A stretch of 64,000 nucleotides of DNA, from positions 8,591 to 72,590 of the forward strand of contig JAZSJB010000017.1 of the NCBI GenBank assembly GCA_045534105.1, in the 5' to 3' direction. This document shows positions 48,993 to 59,122 of the stretch, in pieces. Below the pieces are notes generated by a model, which did not search any database, had not been told where the DNA came from, and saw nothing but the letters and a program-made list of their open reading frames with translations. Origin of the DNA: Lawsonibacter sp. (GTDB taxonomy: Bacteria; Bacillota; Clostridia; Oscillospirales; Oscillospiraceae). The translations under genes and the position numbers were made by a program. Numbering within the stretch: the first letter of the stretch is position 1; each line of letters begins with the position of its first letter.

Positions 48993-49817
48993 ATGCCTGA
49001 AAAGGTTACGCCCGGCCCTGTTGCTGATGATTTCAGCATCCGGGAGGCCGTGTGCATACACACCAAGAAGATTTTTGATTCCTGCCGTGACAAGGACTGT
49101 ATCGAAGATCTGAGAGTTTATCTCACCAGAGAATCCCAGGAGGTTCTGGAGCACGCCCTGTCCGTCAAGGCAGGCACCGCCCAGCTTCTGTGCGCCGGAA
49201 TCGATGTGGAGCCGGTGAGCTTTAACCGCGGTTTCTATACCGTGGATGTGCGCTACTTCTACCGGATCACCGCCAACGTGTGTGTGGGTGCGGCGCGCCC
49301 GGTGGAAATCTGCGGTCTGGCCGTGTTCGACAAGCGGGTCATCCTGTTCGGCAGTGAGGGCAGCGCCAAAGTGTTCTCCTCTGCCAACGGGCCTATCGAC
49401 TGCCAGTGTCCCTGCACCCACATGCCCACCGCCGTGGTGGAGGCTGTGGACCCCATTATTCTGAACATGAAGATGGTGGACGTGTGTCAGTGCAATCCCT
49501 GCCAGTGCGAGGTGGCCGACATTCCCGCCGGCATCTGCAACGCCTTTGGTGGTGAACTGGTATTTGGCGGCGATACCCGCCGTCTGTTCGTCTCTCTGGG
49601 TCAGTTCTCCATCATCCGTCTGGAGCGGGACACCCAGCTGCTCATGCCCGCCTATGATTACTGCATGCCCGATAAGGAGTGCACCTGCAGCGGCAATGAT
49701 GACGACCCCTGCGAAATCTTCCGCCATGTGAAGTTCCCCGTGGATGAGTTCTTCCCGCCCAACACCACCTGCCCATGCCCTGATACCTACCGGGATTTCC
49801 GGGGCTGCTGCAACTGA
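48993..49817 (+). CDS. Cys-rich hypothetical protein, probably spore-coat associated
   Basis: AGGAGG RBS; VCIHTKKIFDSCRDKDC; upstream AC-16 bp-CATAGAATA matches a sigK-type promoter. Confidence 0.7.
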   Translation: MPEKVTPGPVADDFSIREAVCIHTKKIFDSCRDKDCIEDLRVYLTRESQEVLEHALSVKAGTAQLLCAGIDVEPVSFNRGFYTVDVRYFYRITANVCVGAARPVEICGLAVFDKRVILFGSEGSAKVFSSANGPIDCQCPCTHMPTAVVEAVDPIILNMKMVDVCQCNPCQCEVADIPAGICNAFGGELVFGGDTRRLFVSLGQFSIIRLERDTQLLMPAYDYCMPDKECTCSGNDDDPCEIFRHVKFPVDEFFPPNTTCPCPDTYRDFRGCCN

Positions 49818-49835
49818 AAAAATATTCCTCCTTTT

Positions 49836-49870
49836 GCTGTCCGCGCCAATCTGCGCGGGCAGCTTTTTGA
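49836..49870 (+). terminator. Intrinsic terminator
   Basis: GCTGTCCGCGC-CAATCT-GCGCGGGCAGC followed by TTTTT. Confidence 0.75.
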
Positions 49871-49874
49871 ATTG

Positions 49875-50570
49875 TATAACGAAAACCACTGGCTAGGCCA
49901 GTGGTTCAAAAGAGCCTATGGCGATGAATAAAAAGCCCTGTTAGAATTACGTAGCGGTCTGCCAACTGCACGAAAGACTAACAGGGAGTGACATCCATTA
50001 TGGGAATGAATGACATCAACAGCTTATCACACAGCCGGTGGAATTGCAAATACCACATCGTATTTGCGCCGAAGTATCGGCGCAAGGTATTTTACCGGGA
50101 AAAGAGAGCGGCAATAGGAAAAATACTGCGAGATTTATGTGAATGGAAGGGTGTAAAAATTATAGAAGCAGAAGCCTGTCCGGATCACATCCATCTATAC
50201 GTAGAGATACCACCAAAGATAGCGATATCGCACTTTATGGGGTATCTGAAAGGGAAGAGCAGTACAATGCTGTACGAGCAATTCGGTGAGTTAAAATATA
50301 AATTCCGCAACAGAGAGTTTTGGTGCCGTGGCTACTATGTAGATACGGTGGGCAAGAACGAAAACCGAATTGCGGAGTATGTGAGGAACCAACTGAAAGA
50401 AGATGCAATGGGTGAACAGCTAAAAATAGAGTCTGCCAGCCCGTTTACGGGCGGTAAGTAACCGTCCATGCGCAGCTGGCAGACCGTACTCACGCGTTAA
50501 CGCGTGAGCGAGGAACAAAGGGCTATGCCCGCATAGTGACAACCACCAGTTTCACTGGTGGATGTGTTCA
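49875..50570 (+). mobile_element. IS200-group insertion sequence (tnpA only); ends approximate
   Basis: Subterminal hairpins AACCACTGGC/GCCAGTGGTT (49884-49906) and CCACCAGT/ACTGGTGG (50543-50561) flank a Y1 transposase. Confidence 0.88.
50000..50461 (+). CDS. tnpA: IS200/IS605 Y1 HUH transposase
   Basis: CKYHIVFAPKYRR, DHIH, LKGKSS, FWCRGYYV, YVRNQ. Confidence 0.95.
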   Translation: MGMNDINSLSHSRWNCKYHIVFAPKYRRKVFYREKRAAIGKILRDLCEWKGVKIIEAEACPDHIHLYVEIPPKIAISHFMGYLKGKSSTMLYEQFGELKYKFRNREFWCRGYYVDTVGKNENRIAEYVRNQLKEDAMGEQLKIESASPFTGGK

Positions 50571-50698
50571 TTTGAAAAGACACCGCATTCTGAACGGGTG
50601 ACTGAGAGCATAAACATCAAAGAGAGATGTTGACGGTGAAATTTGCGGATGTTGACTTGTAACGGGGGGTGATAAGAGAGAATCGACAATGAAAAGAG

Positions 50699-51532
50699 TC
50701 ACTTTTTCTTCATTTGGATCTGGTCGCTGCTCTGATATTCCTTGGCATAGCGACCGGGAGAGGTCCCGGTTAGGTTGCCGAAGGTGCGGATAAAGTGGGA
50801 GTTGTCCGAGAAGCCGGACAATTCTCCGGCCTGCTGAACACTGACACCCTCCTGCAGCAGTTGACGGGCCCGGAGAATACGGCTGTGGATGATATATTCC
50901 ATCACGGAAAAGCCCGTGGCAGACTTGAAAATGCGGCACAAGTAGTGCTTGCTGATAAAGAACTTGCTGGAGATCTGGTCCAGAGTCAGCTGCTCGGTCA
51001 GGTTTTCCTGAATGTAGTCCAGGATAGGGGCGATGCGCAGGAAATCCTTGTTGCGGACAGATTCTCCTGTGTTGGACAGTTTGAGGATGGGGGCCAGTTG
51101 GATCAGCAGTTCCAACAGGGAGATGGTCTGCTTCAGATCGCTGCCGAAGCTGCCGTCGTTTTTGTTGTGGCTCAAGGCCTGGAAGGATTCGGTTAGCTCC
51201 TGGAGCTGCTTTTCATCCAGTATAGCGCAGCAGAACGGCTGCCGGGTAAACTGGATGAAATCTGTCTGGGGTGTGGACAGTTCACCCAGCGCCTTGCGGG
51301 CGATATGCAGCACATACCGGGAATGAAACCCGTTGGCAATGGTTCGGTGCAGGGTGTTCTCCCCAATGAGGTAGAGCATGCCCCGCTGCAGGGGATAGAC
51401 CTGATCGTTGACAAAGATATTTCCGGAACTGGTCAGGGGGAGCAGCAGTTCGAAAAAGTCATGAAAATGAAGCCGGCTCATGCTCCAGGTGTCGTTCTGG
51501 CTGAGCTGAACATGAAATTCCACGGGGGTCAT
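50699..51532 (-). CDS. AraC family regulator, divergent from the hydroxyglutarate operon
   Basis: Cupin LHFHDFFE; HTH with GFSDNSHFIRTF...SPGRY. Confidence 0.92.
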   Translation of the reverse strand: MTPVEFHVQLSQNDTWSMSRLHFHDFFELLLPLTSSGNIFVNDQVYPLQRGMLYLIGENTLHRTIANGFHSRYVLHIARKALGELSTPQTDFIQFTRQPFCCAILDEKQLQELTESFQALSHNKNDGSFGSDLKQTISLLELLIQLAPILKLSNTGESVRNKDFLRIAPILDYIQENLTEQLTLDQISSKFFISKHYLCRIFKSATGFSVMEYIIHSRILRARQLLQEGVSVQQAGELSGFSDNSHFIRTFGNLTGTSPGRYAKEYQSSDQIQMKKK

Positions 51533-51753
51533 TCAGACTGTCTCCTTTCGCGCTCCGGACTGGGAGAAAATATGACATGGATCGCTGTAAAAAACGGAAA
51601 AATTCAATCATTAAATGGATTATACCATGTAAGGTGACGATATGCAAACTTTTTGCCAAGATAACAAAGGAAAAAATTTTGAACCAGCGTTAAACTATTA
51701 ACGATGGAATAATGCGCGTTCGCATACAAAAATTTGAATTTGGAGGTTTTACC

Positions 51754-52857
51754 ATGGACAAAGTGTATTCCCTGCATGACGCGGTGGCCAAATTTGTCGA
51801 GAGCGGAGACTGCATCTGCTTCGGCGGCTTTACCACCAACCGCAAGCCCTACGCCGTCGTGGGCGAGATCCTGCGTCAGGGCCAGAAGGATTTCACCGTC
51901 TGGGCCGGTCCCGCCGGCGGCGACTGGGACATGATGATTGGTGAGGGCCGTGTGAAAGCCTATATCAACTGCTACACTGCCAACTCCGGCTACACCAATG
52001 TGGCCCGCCGCTTCCGTGCCGCCATCGAGGCCGGTGAGCTGATCTACGAGGACTATTCTCAGGACGTGCTGATGTTGCAACTGCACGCAGCCTCTCTGGG
52101 TCTGCCTTACCTGCCCGTTCGCCTGATGCAGGGTTCCGGTCTGATGAAGTACTGGGGTATCAGCGAGGAGCAGCGCAAGACTCTGGACAAGGTGGATAAC
52201 CTGAAGTGCGTCGAGGTGGAAAACCCCTTCAATCCCGGTGAGAAGGTGGTTGCTGTCCCCGTACCCAAGCTTGACACTGCCGTTATCCACGTGCAGAAGG
52301 CCTCTCCCGACGGAACCTGCATCATTGAAGGTGACGAGTTCCACGATGTGGACATCGCCGTGGCCGCCCGCAAGGTCATCGTGACCTGTGACGAGCTGGT
52401 CAGCAACGAGTACATCCGCCGTGACCCCACCCTGACCCGCGTGTTCGGCGAGTGCGTCAGCGCCGTGGTCCACGCGCCCTTCGGTGCCTGGCCCAGCCAG
52501 TGCTACAACTACTACGACAATGATCCCGGCGCTCTGAAGGAGTACGACAAGGCTTCCAAGTACTTCGATGCCGAGGATGCCAAGGCCCAGCTGGCCAAGG
52601 CCGCTGCCAAGGCAAAGAAGGCTGCCGAGAAGGCCCCCGGTGATGAGAAGCTGGCCGAAGCTGCCGCCAAGGCCGCCAAGGTGGCTGAGGATGCCGCCAA
52701 CGGTGTGGCCATCCCCGAGACCTTCAAGGACTATCTGGACAAGTGGGTCTATTCCGTGAAGGATCACAACGACCTGCTCAACAAGATCGGCGGTGCCCGC
52801 CTGGTGAGCCTGAACAGTGCTCCCCATCTGGGCTACTCCAACACCCATCTGAAGTAA
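51754..52857 (+). CDS. gctA: Glutaconate CoA-transferase subunit A
   Basis: FGGFTTNRKPYA, NCYTANSG, LHAASLGLPYLP; operon context. Confidence 0.92.
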   Translation: MDKVYSLHDAVAKFVESGDCICFGGFTTNRKPYAVVGEILRQGQKDFTVWAGPAGGDWDMMIGEGRVKAYINCYTANSGYTNVARRFRAAIEAGELIYEDYSQDVLMLQLHAASLGLPYLPVRLMQGSGLMKYWGISEEQRKTLDKVDNLKCVEVENPFNPGEKVVAVPVPKLDTAVIHVQKASPDGTCIIEGDEFHDVDIAVAARKVIVTCDELVSNEYIRRDPTLTRVFGECVSAVVHAPFGAWPSQCYNYYDNDPGALKEYDKASKYFDAEDAKAQLAKAAAKAKKAAEKAPGDEKLAEAAAKAAKVAEDAANGVAIPETFKDYLDKWVYSVKDHNDLLNKIGGARLVSLNSAPHLGYSNTHLK

Positions 52858-52876
52858 GAAAAGGGAGGTTACGAAC

Positions 52877-53680
52877 ATGGCTGATTATACCAAGTATACC
52901 AAGCAGGAGATGCAGGCCTACGCCATCGCCAAGAACATCAAGGAAAACCAGATCGTTATCGTGGGTACCGGCCTTCCTCTGATCGGCGCCTCTCTGGCCA
53001 AGGCGGCTGTTTGTCCCTCCTGCCATCCCATCGTGGAGTCCGGTCTGATGGACTGCGACCCCGTTGAGGTTCCCCGCTCCGTGGGTGACAACCGCTTCAT
53101 GGCCCATTGTGCCGTGCAGTGGCCCAACATCCGCTTCATTGGCTTCGAGGCCAACGAGTGGCTGCACGACGAGGACCGCCTGATCGCCTTTATCGGCGGC
53201 GCTCAGATTGACCCTTACGGCAACGTGAACTCCACCTGTATCTACGGTGACGGCGACTACGTCAAGCCCAAGACCCGTTTCACCGGTTCCGGCGGTGCCA
53301 ACGGCATTGCCACCTACTGCAACACCATCATCATGATGCAGCATCAGAAGCGCCGCTTCATGGAGAAGATCGACTACATCACCTCCTGCGGCTGGATGGA
53401 CGGCCCCGGCGGCCGCGAGCGCGCCGGTCTGCCCGGCAACCGCGGTCCTCAGATGGTGGTCACCGATCTGGGTATCATGAAGTTTGACGAAGAGACCAAG
53501 CGCATGTATCTGGCCTACTACTATCCGTTCTCCAGCCCCGAGATGGTCAAGGAGAATACCGGCTTTGATATCGACGTGTCCCGCGCCGAGCTGATGGAAG
53601 GTCCCTCTCCCGAGATCATCAAGCTCATCCGTGAGGTTATTGACCCCGGCCAGGCGTTTATCAAGGTCCCCAAGGAATAA
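52877..53680 (+). CDS. gctB: Glutaconate CoA-transferase subunit B
   Basis: VGTGLPLIGA, IVESG (catalytic Glu), GGAQIDPYGNVNST, RFTGSGGAN. Confidence 0.93.
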   Translation: MADYTKYTKQEMQAYAIAKNIKENQIVIVGTGLPLIGASLAKAAVCPSCHPIVESGLMDCDPVEVPRSVGDNRFMAHCAVQWPNIRFIGFEANEWLHDEDRLIAFIGGAQIDPYGNVNSTCIYGDGDYVKPKTRFTGSGGANGIATYCNTIIMMQHQKRRFMEKIDYITSCGWMDGPGGRERAGLPGNRGPQMVVTDLGIMKFDEETKRMYLAYYYPFSSPEMVKENTGFDIDVSRAELMEGPSPEIIKLIREVIDPGQAFIKVPKE

Positions 53681-53726
53681 TCTTTTCCCGGAAAAAGAAA
53701 AAATATAAAATTAGGAGGAACATATC

Positions 53727-55493
53727 ATGGGTTCTTATTCCATGCCCGGTTATTTCCAGAATATGCCCGTCGTGGGCAAGGCTGTGCGCCCCAACGCGGA
53801 GAACGTGGCCGAGCTGAAGGCCATCGAGGCTGAGATTGATGCCAAGATCGCCGAGGGTCTTGCCAACGGCAAGCCTGACGTGGCGATGAACGAGAAGGGC
53901 CAGCTCACCGCCATGCAGCGCATCGCCCTGCTGGTGGACGAGGGCACCTGGTGTCCCCTGAACAGCCTGTACAATCCCGAGAACAACAAGACCGGCACCA
54001 CCTCTATTGTTAAGGGTCTGGGCCGCGTCAACGGCAAGTGGTGCTGCATCATTGCTTCCGACAACAAGAAGCACGCCGGTACCTGGGTCCCCGGTCAGGC
54101 CGATGACCTGATCCGCGGCAGCGACACCGCCAAGCGTCTGCGCATCCCCCTGATCTACCTGCTGGAGTGCGCCGGTGTGGAGCTGGATAAGCAGGAGAAG
54201 GTGTACCCCAACCGTCGTGGCGGCGGTACTCCCTTCTACCGCAACTCCGAGCTCAACCAGATGGGCGTGCCCGTCATCGTGGGCATCCACGGCACCAACC
54301 CCGCCGGCGGCGGTTACCACTCCATCTCTCCCACCATTCTGGTTGCCCATGAGAAGGCCAACATGGCCGTGGGCGGCGCCGGCATCGTGGGCGGCATGAA
54401 TCCTAAGCCCTATGTGGATATGGAGGCCGCTCTGGCTCAGATCGAGGCCACCAAGGGCCTGCGTGCCGATCCTCCCGGATCCGTTTCCATCCACTACGGA
54501 ACCACTGGTTTCTGGCGCGAAGTCTACGCCGATCAGGAGGGCGTGATCGCCGGCATCAAGAAGTATGTCGACATGCTGCCCGCCTATGATAAGGAGTTCT
54601 TCCGCGTGGCTGAGCCCGCCAATCCCGCGGGCGATCCCGAGGAACTGTACGATATCGTGCTGAACAACAAGAACCGCCCCTATGACATGTATTCCGTCAT
54701 CTCCCATCTGGTGGACGGCGGCGAGCTCATGGAGTACAAGAAGGGCTATGGCCCCGAGATGATCACCGGTACGGCCAAGGTGGCCGGTTTGCTGGTGGGT
54801 ATCGTGGCCAACCAGCAGGGCGTGTTCCCCAACTACCCCGAGTACAAGATGGCCAAGTACGGTCAGTCCATGGGTGCCGGCGGCAAGCTGTATCGTCAGG
54901 GCCTGATCAAGATGAACGAGTTCGTCACCCTGTGTGCCCGTGACCGTCTGCCCATTATCTGGATCCAGGATACCACCGGTATCGACGTGGGTGATGACGC
55001 CGAGGTCGCCGAGCTGCTGGGTCTGGGCCAGTCCCTGATCTACTCCATCCAGAGCAGCAAGCTGCCCATGATGGAAATCACCCTGCGCCGCGGTACCGCC
55101 GCTGCTCACTACGTGCTGGGCGGCCCGCAGGGCAACGACAACAACGCCTTCTCTCTGGGCACTGCCGCTACCGAGATCAACGTCATGAACGGCAAGACCG
55201 CTGCCAACGCCATGTACACCGGCCGTCTGGCCAAAGATCAGAAGGCTGGCAAGGATCTGCAGCCCACCATCGACAAGATGAACGAGATGATCGAGGACTA
55301 CGATCTGAAGTCCAAGCCTCTGTTCTGCGCTCAGGCCGGTCTGGTAGACGAGGTGGTCAAGATGCCTCTCGTGCGCAACTACATGATCGCCTTCACCGAG
55401 TCCTGCTATCAGAATCCCGAGTCCATCTGCCCCTTCCATCAGATGCTGTTGCCTCGCTCTTCCCGGGATTTTGACAACTACACTGCCAAGTAA
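53727..55493 (+). CDS. gcdA: Glutaconyl-CoA decarboxylase carboxyltransferase (alpha) subunit
   Basis: YSMPGYFQNMP, NRRGGGTPF, GTNPAGGGYHSISPT, GGKLYRQGL. Confidence 0.93.
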   Translation: MGSYSMPGYFQNMPVVGKAVRPNAENVAELKAIEAEIDAKIAEGLANGKPDVAMNEKGQLTAMQRIALLVDEGTWCPLNSLYNPENNKTGTTSIVKGLGRVNGKWCCIIASDNKKHAGTWVPGQADDLIRGSDTAKRLRIPLIYLLECAGVELDKQEKVYPNRRGGGTPFYRNSELNQMGVPVIVGIHGTNPAGGGYHSISPTILVAHEKANMAVGGAGIVGGMNPKPYVDMEAALAQIEATKGLRADPPGSVSIHYGTTGFWREVYADQEGVIAGIKKYVDMLPAYDKEFFRVAEPANPAGDPEELYDIVLNNKNRPYDMYSVISHLVDGGELMEYKKGYGPEMITGTAKVAGLLVGIVANQQGVFPNYPEYKMAKYGQSMGAGGKLYRQGLIKMNEFVTLCARDRLPIIWIQDTTGIDVGDDAEVAELLGLGQSLIYSIQSSKLPMMEITLRRGTAAAHYVLGGPQGNDNNAFSLGTAATEINVMNGKTAANAMYTGRLAKDQKAGKDLQPTIDKMNEMIEDYDLKSKPLFCAQAGLVDEVVKMPLVRNYMIAFTESCYQNPESICPFHQMLLPRSSRDFDNYTAK

Positions 55494-55577
55494 GTTCAAA
55501 TGAAACACGCTTCTGCCGCGGTCTGCCTGTGCAGGCCGCGGCAGACAAGGAAATTTCAGTAATTGGAGTAAACAGTT

Positions 55578-56360
55578 ATGCCAATCTACACACTGGGTAT
55601 CGATATCGGTTCTACCGCTTCCAAGTGCGTGATGCTTGCCGACGGCAAGGAGATCGTCGCCAAGTCCCTTATCCCTGTGGGTGCGGGCACCAGTGGTCCT
55701 CAGCGGGCCATTGACGAGGTGCTCAAGGCTGCGGGCAAGACCCGGGAGGAGATGAGCTTTATCCTGGCCACCGGCTACGGCCGTAACTCTCTGGAAGGCT
55801 TTGCCGATCACCAGATGAGTGAGCTGAGCTGCCACGCCAAGGGCGCGTCCTTCCTCTTTCCGGAAGTGCGCACCGTCATCGACATCGGCGGTCAGGACGT
55901 GAAGATCCTGCGGGTGGAGAACGGCGCCATGACTAACTTTCAGATGAACGACAAGTGTGCCGCAGGCACCGGACGTTTTCTGGACGTGATGGCCCGGGTG
56001 CTTGAGGTTGACGTGAACGATCTGGGTGCGCTGGGTGCCAAGTCTACCAAGCATGTGGGCATCAGTTCCACCTGCACTGTATTTGCCGAAAGTGAGGTCA
56101 TCAGCCAGCTGGCTCAGGAGACCAACAAGTGCGACATTATCAACGGTATCCACCAGTCTGTGGCCGGCCGGGTGGCGGGCCTTGCCCACCGTGTGGGCGT
56201 GCAGGATCAGGTGGTCATGACCGGTGGTGTGGCCCAGAACCAGGGCATCGTCAAGGCGCTGGAGGATCAGCTGGGTCATAAGATCCACACCTCACCCTTG
56301 ACCCAGTATGTGGGTGCTCTGGGTGCGGCCCTGTTTGCTTATAAAAAGTGCAATAAATAA
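55578..56360 (+). CDS. hgdC: 2-hydroxyglutaryl-CoA dehydratase activator
   Basis: [44 protein letters not shown]. Confidence 0.94.
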   Translation: MPIYTLGIDIGSTASKCVMLADGKEIVAKSLIPVGAGTSGPQRAIDEVLKAAGKTREEMSFILATGYGRNSLEGFADHQMSELSCHAKGASFLFPEVRTVIDIGGQDVKILRVENGAMTNFQMNDKCAAGTGRFLDVMARVLEVDVNDLGALGAKSTKHVGISSTCTVFAESEVISQLAQETNKCDIINGIHQSVAGRVAGLAHRVGVQDQVVMTGGVAQNQGIVKALEDQLGHKIHTSPLTQYVGALGAALFAYKKCNK

Positions 56361-56393
56361 TTATCCTATATTATTAGTAGGGAGGAAACGAAA

Positions 56394-57827
56394 ATGGCTA
56401 AACAAGTAAGCCCCGGCGTTCTGGCGCTGCGCAAGGTCGTTGAGGACGTTTACGCCGATGCCCGTATCGCCAAGGCCGAAGGCAAGCCCGTGGGCTGGTC
56501 TTCTTCCAAGTTCCCCTGTGAGCTGTACGAGGCCTTTGGTCTGAATGTGGTCTATCCCGAGAACCAGGCTGCCGGTATCGCCGCCAACCGTGACGGTGAG
56601 ATCATGTGCCAGGCCGCTGAGGATCTGGGCTTTGACAATGATATCTGCGGTTACGCTCGCATCAGTCTGGCCTATGCCGCCGGCAAGCGCGCGTCCCGCA
56701 AGCTGGATGAGAATCTGGAGTATGTTATCGACCCCAACTCCGGCAAGCCTCTGAAGGACGAGAATGGTAAGGTGGTCATTGGCGAGGACGGCAAGCCCGT
56801 TAAGGACCCCAAGACCTTGCAGCCCTATACCGAGCTGGTTGACATCAACGAGATTTGGGCCATGCCTGAGGGTGAAGAGAAGGAGAAGCGCCTGGCCGCT
56901 ATCAAGCCCTATCGCCAGATGCAGATGCCCATGCCCGACTTCGTGCTGTGCTGCAACAACATCTGCAACTGCATGACCAAGTGGTATGAGAATATCGCCC
57001 GCATGCACAATATTCCCCTGATTATGATCGACGTCCCTTACAACAACACGGTGGAAGTGGACGACACCTATGTAGCTTACATCCGCGGCCAGTTCGACAA
57101 CGCCATCGAGCAGCTGGAGAAGATCTCCGGCCGCAAGTTCGATGAGAAGAAGTTTGAAGAGGCCTGTGCCAACGCCAACCGTACCGCTCAGGCCTGGCTG
57201 CGCGTTTGCGACTATCTGCAGTATAAGCCCGCGCCCTACTCCGGCTTCGACCTGTTCAACCACATGGCTGACGTGGTCACCGCCCGTGGCCGCGTAGCCG
57301 CTGCCGAGGCCTTCGAGCTGTTGGAGCAGGATCTGGCCGAGCAGGTGAAGAACGGCGAGAGCACCACTCCCTTCCCCGAGAAGTACCGCGTTATGTTCGA
57401 GGGCATTCCCTGCTGGCCCAAGCTGCCTGACCTGTTCAAGCCCCTGAAGGCCAATGGCGTCAACGTCACCGCCGTGGTGTATGCCCCAGCCTTCGGCTTT
57501 GTGTACAACAACATGGACGAGATGGTCCGCGCCTATTGCAAGGCCCCCAACTCCGTGTGTATCGAGCAGGGCGTTGCCTGGCGTGAGGGCATCTGCAAGG
57601 ACAACAAGGTGGACGGCGTGCTGGTCCACTACAATCGCTCCTGCAAGCCCTGGTCCGGCTACATGGCCGAGATGCAGCGCCGCTTCACTGCCGATCTGGG
57701 CATCCCCTGTGCCGGCTTCGACGGCGACCAGGCCGACCCCCGCAACTTCAATGCCGCCCAGTACGAGACCCGCGTTCAGGGCCTGGTGGAAGCCATGGAA
57801 CAGAACGCCATGAACAAGGAGGGCTGA
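56394..57827 (+). CDS. hgdA: 2-hydroxyglutaryl-CoA dehydratase alpha subunit
   Basis: YPENQAA, DICGYAR, CCNNICNCMTKWYE, NRSCKPWSG, GDQADPRNF. Confidence 0.92.
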   Translation: MAKQVSPGVLALRKVVEDVYADARIAKAEGKPVGWSSSKFPCELYEAFGLNVVYPENQAAGIAANRDGEIMCQAAEDLGFDNDICGYARISLAYAAGKRASRKLDENLEYVIDPNSGKPLKDENGKVVIGEDGKPVKDPKTLQPYTELVDINEIWAMPEGEEKEKRLAAIKPYRQMQMPMPDFVLCCNNICNCMTKWYENIARMHNIPLIMIDVPYNNTVEVDDTYVAYIRGQFDNAIEQLEKISGRKFDEKKFEEACANANRTAQAWLRVCDYLQYKPAPYSGFDLFNHMADVVTARGRVAAAEAFELLEQDLAEQVKNGESTTPFPEKYRVMFEGIPCWPKLPDLFKPLKANGVNVTAVVYAPAFGFVYNNMDEMVRAYCKAPNSVCIEQGVAWREGICKDNKVDGVLVHYNRSCKPWSGYMAEMQRRFTADLGIPCAGFDGDQADPRNFNAAQYETRVQGLVEAMEQNAMNKEG

Positions 57828-57831
57828 GAAT

Positions 57832-58968
57832 ATGAGCATCGAGCTGATGATGAAGGAATTCCAGGACATCGCCTATAACCCCAACAAGCAGCTGGCCGAT
57901 TTCAAGGCTCAGGGCAAGAAGGTTATCGGTGTTCTGCCTTACTACGCCCCCGAAGAACTGGTCTACGCCGCCGGCATGGTGCCCATGGGCATGTGGGGCA
58001 GCAACAAGAAGACTATCTCCCGTGCCAAGGAGTACTGTGCCACCTTCTACTGCACCATCGCCCAGCTGGCGCTGGAGATGCTGCTGGACGGCACCATGGA
58101 TCAGCTGGACGGTCTGATCACCCCCACCATCTGCGACACCCTGCGCCCCATGAGCCAGAACTTCCGGGTGTCCATCGGTGACAAGATCCCCACCATTTTC
58201 CTGGCCCATCCCCAGAATCGCTTTGCCCCCTGGGGTCTGCAGTTCTGTATCGACCAGTACACCAACGTGCGCAAGATGCTGGACAAGATCTCCGGCCGCG
58301 AGATGACCGATGAGGACATCCGCAACGCCATCAAGGTCTACAACGCCAGCCGTGCCGCCCGCCGCGAGTTCGTCAAGCTGGCCAGCGAGCACTGCGACGT
58401 GGTCACTCCCACCCTGCGTTCCGCCGTGCTGAAGGCTAGCTGGTTCATGCTCAAGGACGAGTACACGGCCAAGCTGGTGGCCCTGAACGAGGAACTGAAG
58501 AAGCTGCCCGCCGCCAACTGGAAGGGCGTCAAGGTGGTTACCTCCGGTATCATCTGCGACAATCCCAAACTGCTGGCCATCTTCGAGGAGAACAACATTG
58601 CCATCGCTGCTGACGACGTGGCTCACGAGACCCGCTCCTTCCGCGTAGACGCGGCCGAGGACGGCGATCCCATGATGGCTCTGGCCAAGCAGTTTGCCAA
58701 TATCGACTACGATGTGCTGCTGTACGATCCCGCTTCTTCCTCCAACCGCCGCGGCGAGTTCGTGGCCGATCTGGTCAAGGAGTCCGGCGCTCAGGGTCTG
58801 ATCCTGTTCATGCAGCAGTTCTGCGACCCCGAGGAGATGGAGTACCCCTACCTGAAGAAGGCTCTGGATGCCGCCGGCATCCCCCACATCAAGCTGGGCG
58901 TGGACCAGCAGATGCGCGACTTCGGTCAGGCTTCTACCGCAATTCAGGCCTTTGCCGACGTTCTCTAA
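57832..58968 (+). CDS. hgdB: 2-hydroxyglutaryl-CoA dehydratase beta subunit
   Basis: PYYAPEELV, FYCT, ICDTLRPMSQNF, FCDPEEMEYP. Confidence 0.92.
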   Translation: MSIELMMKEFQDIAYNPNKQLADFKAQGKKVIGVLPYYAPEELVYAAGMVPMGMWGSNKKTISRAKEYCATFYCTIAQLALEMLLDGTMDQLDGLITPTICDTLRPMSQNFRVSIGDKIPTIFLAHPQNRFAPWGLQFCIDQYTNVRKMLDKISGREMTDEDIRNAIKVYNASRAARREFVKLASEHCDVVTPTLRSAVLKASWFMLKDEYTAKLVALNEELKKLPAANWKGVKVVTSGIICDNPKLLAIFEENNIAIAADDVAHETRSFRVDAAEDGDPMMALAKQFANIDYDVLLYDPASSSNRRGEFVADLVKESGAQGLILFMQQFCDPEEMEYPYLKKALDAAGIPHIKLGVDQQMRDFGQASTAIQAFADVL

Positions 58969-58993
58969 GAAGAATGCCTAACAGCATCTTAAC

Positions 58994-59022
58994 TTGACAT
59001 CCCCGTGCCAAAAGGATATAAT
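58994..59022 (+). promoter_or_regulatory. Perfect-consensus SigA promoter upstream of gcdC
   Basis: TTGACA-17 bp-TATAAT. Confidence 0.85.
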
Positions 59023-59122
59023 TTGTCCGATTTTGGCGCAAAAGGAACATTGTGCAAGCTCCCGTGGGGGCGGAAACGTCCCTGTGGGAACAAAATAAAA
59101 GAAGAAAAAGGAGAGACTCAAA

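Noticed and set aside
50462-50698. tnpB or omega-RNA downstream of tnpA
   Set aside because: The right-end hairpin follows within ~100 bp and there is no RuvC or zinc-finger ORF.
53661-56288. 875-aa minus-strand ORF and other long antisense ORFs (479..1471, 2143..3099, 8901..10433, 36975..38375, 38685..40190, 51604..52878, 56361..57869, 59865..61010)
   Set aside because: They mirror well-supported genes on the opposite strand; codon bias removes antisense stops; no recognisable motifs or RBS.
59029-59122. Known Na+ riboswitch upstream of the decarboxylase subunits
   Set aside because: Context fits, but I could not match the conserved nucleotides as I recall them; needs an Infernal search, so it is kept only as a hairpin.
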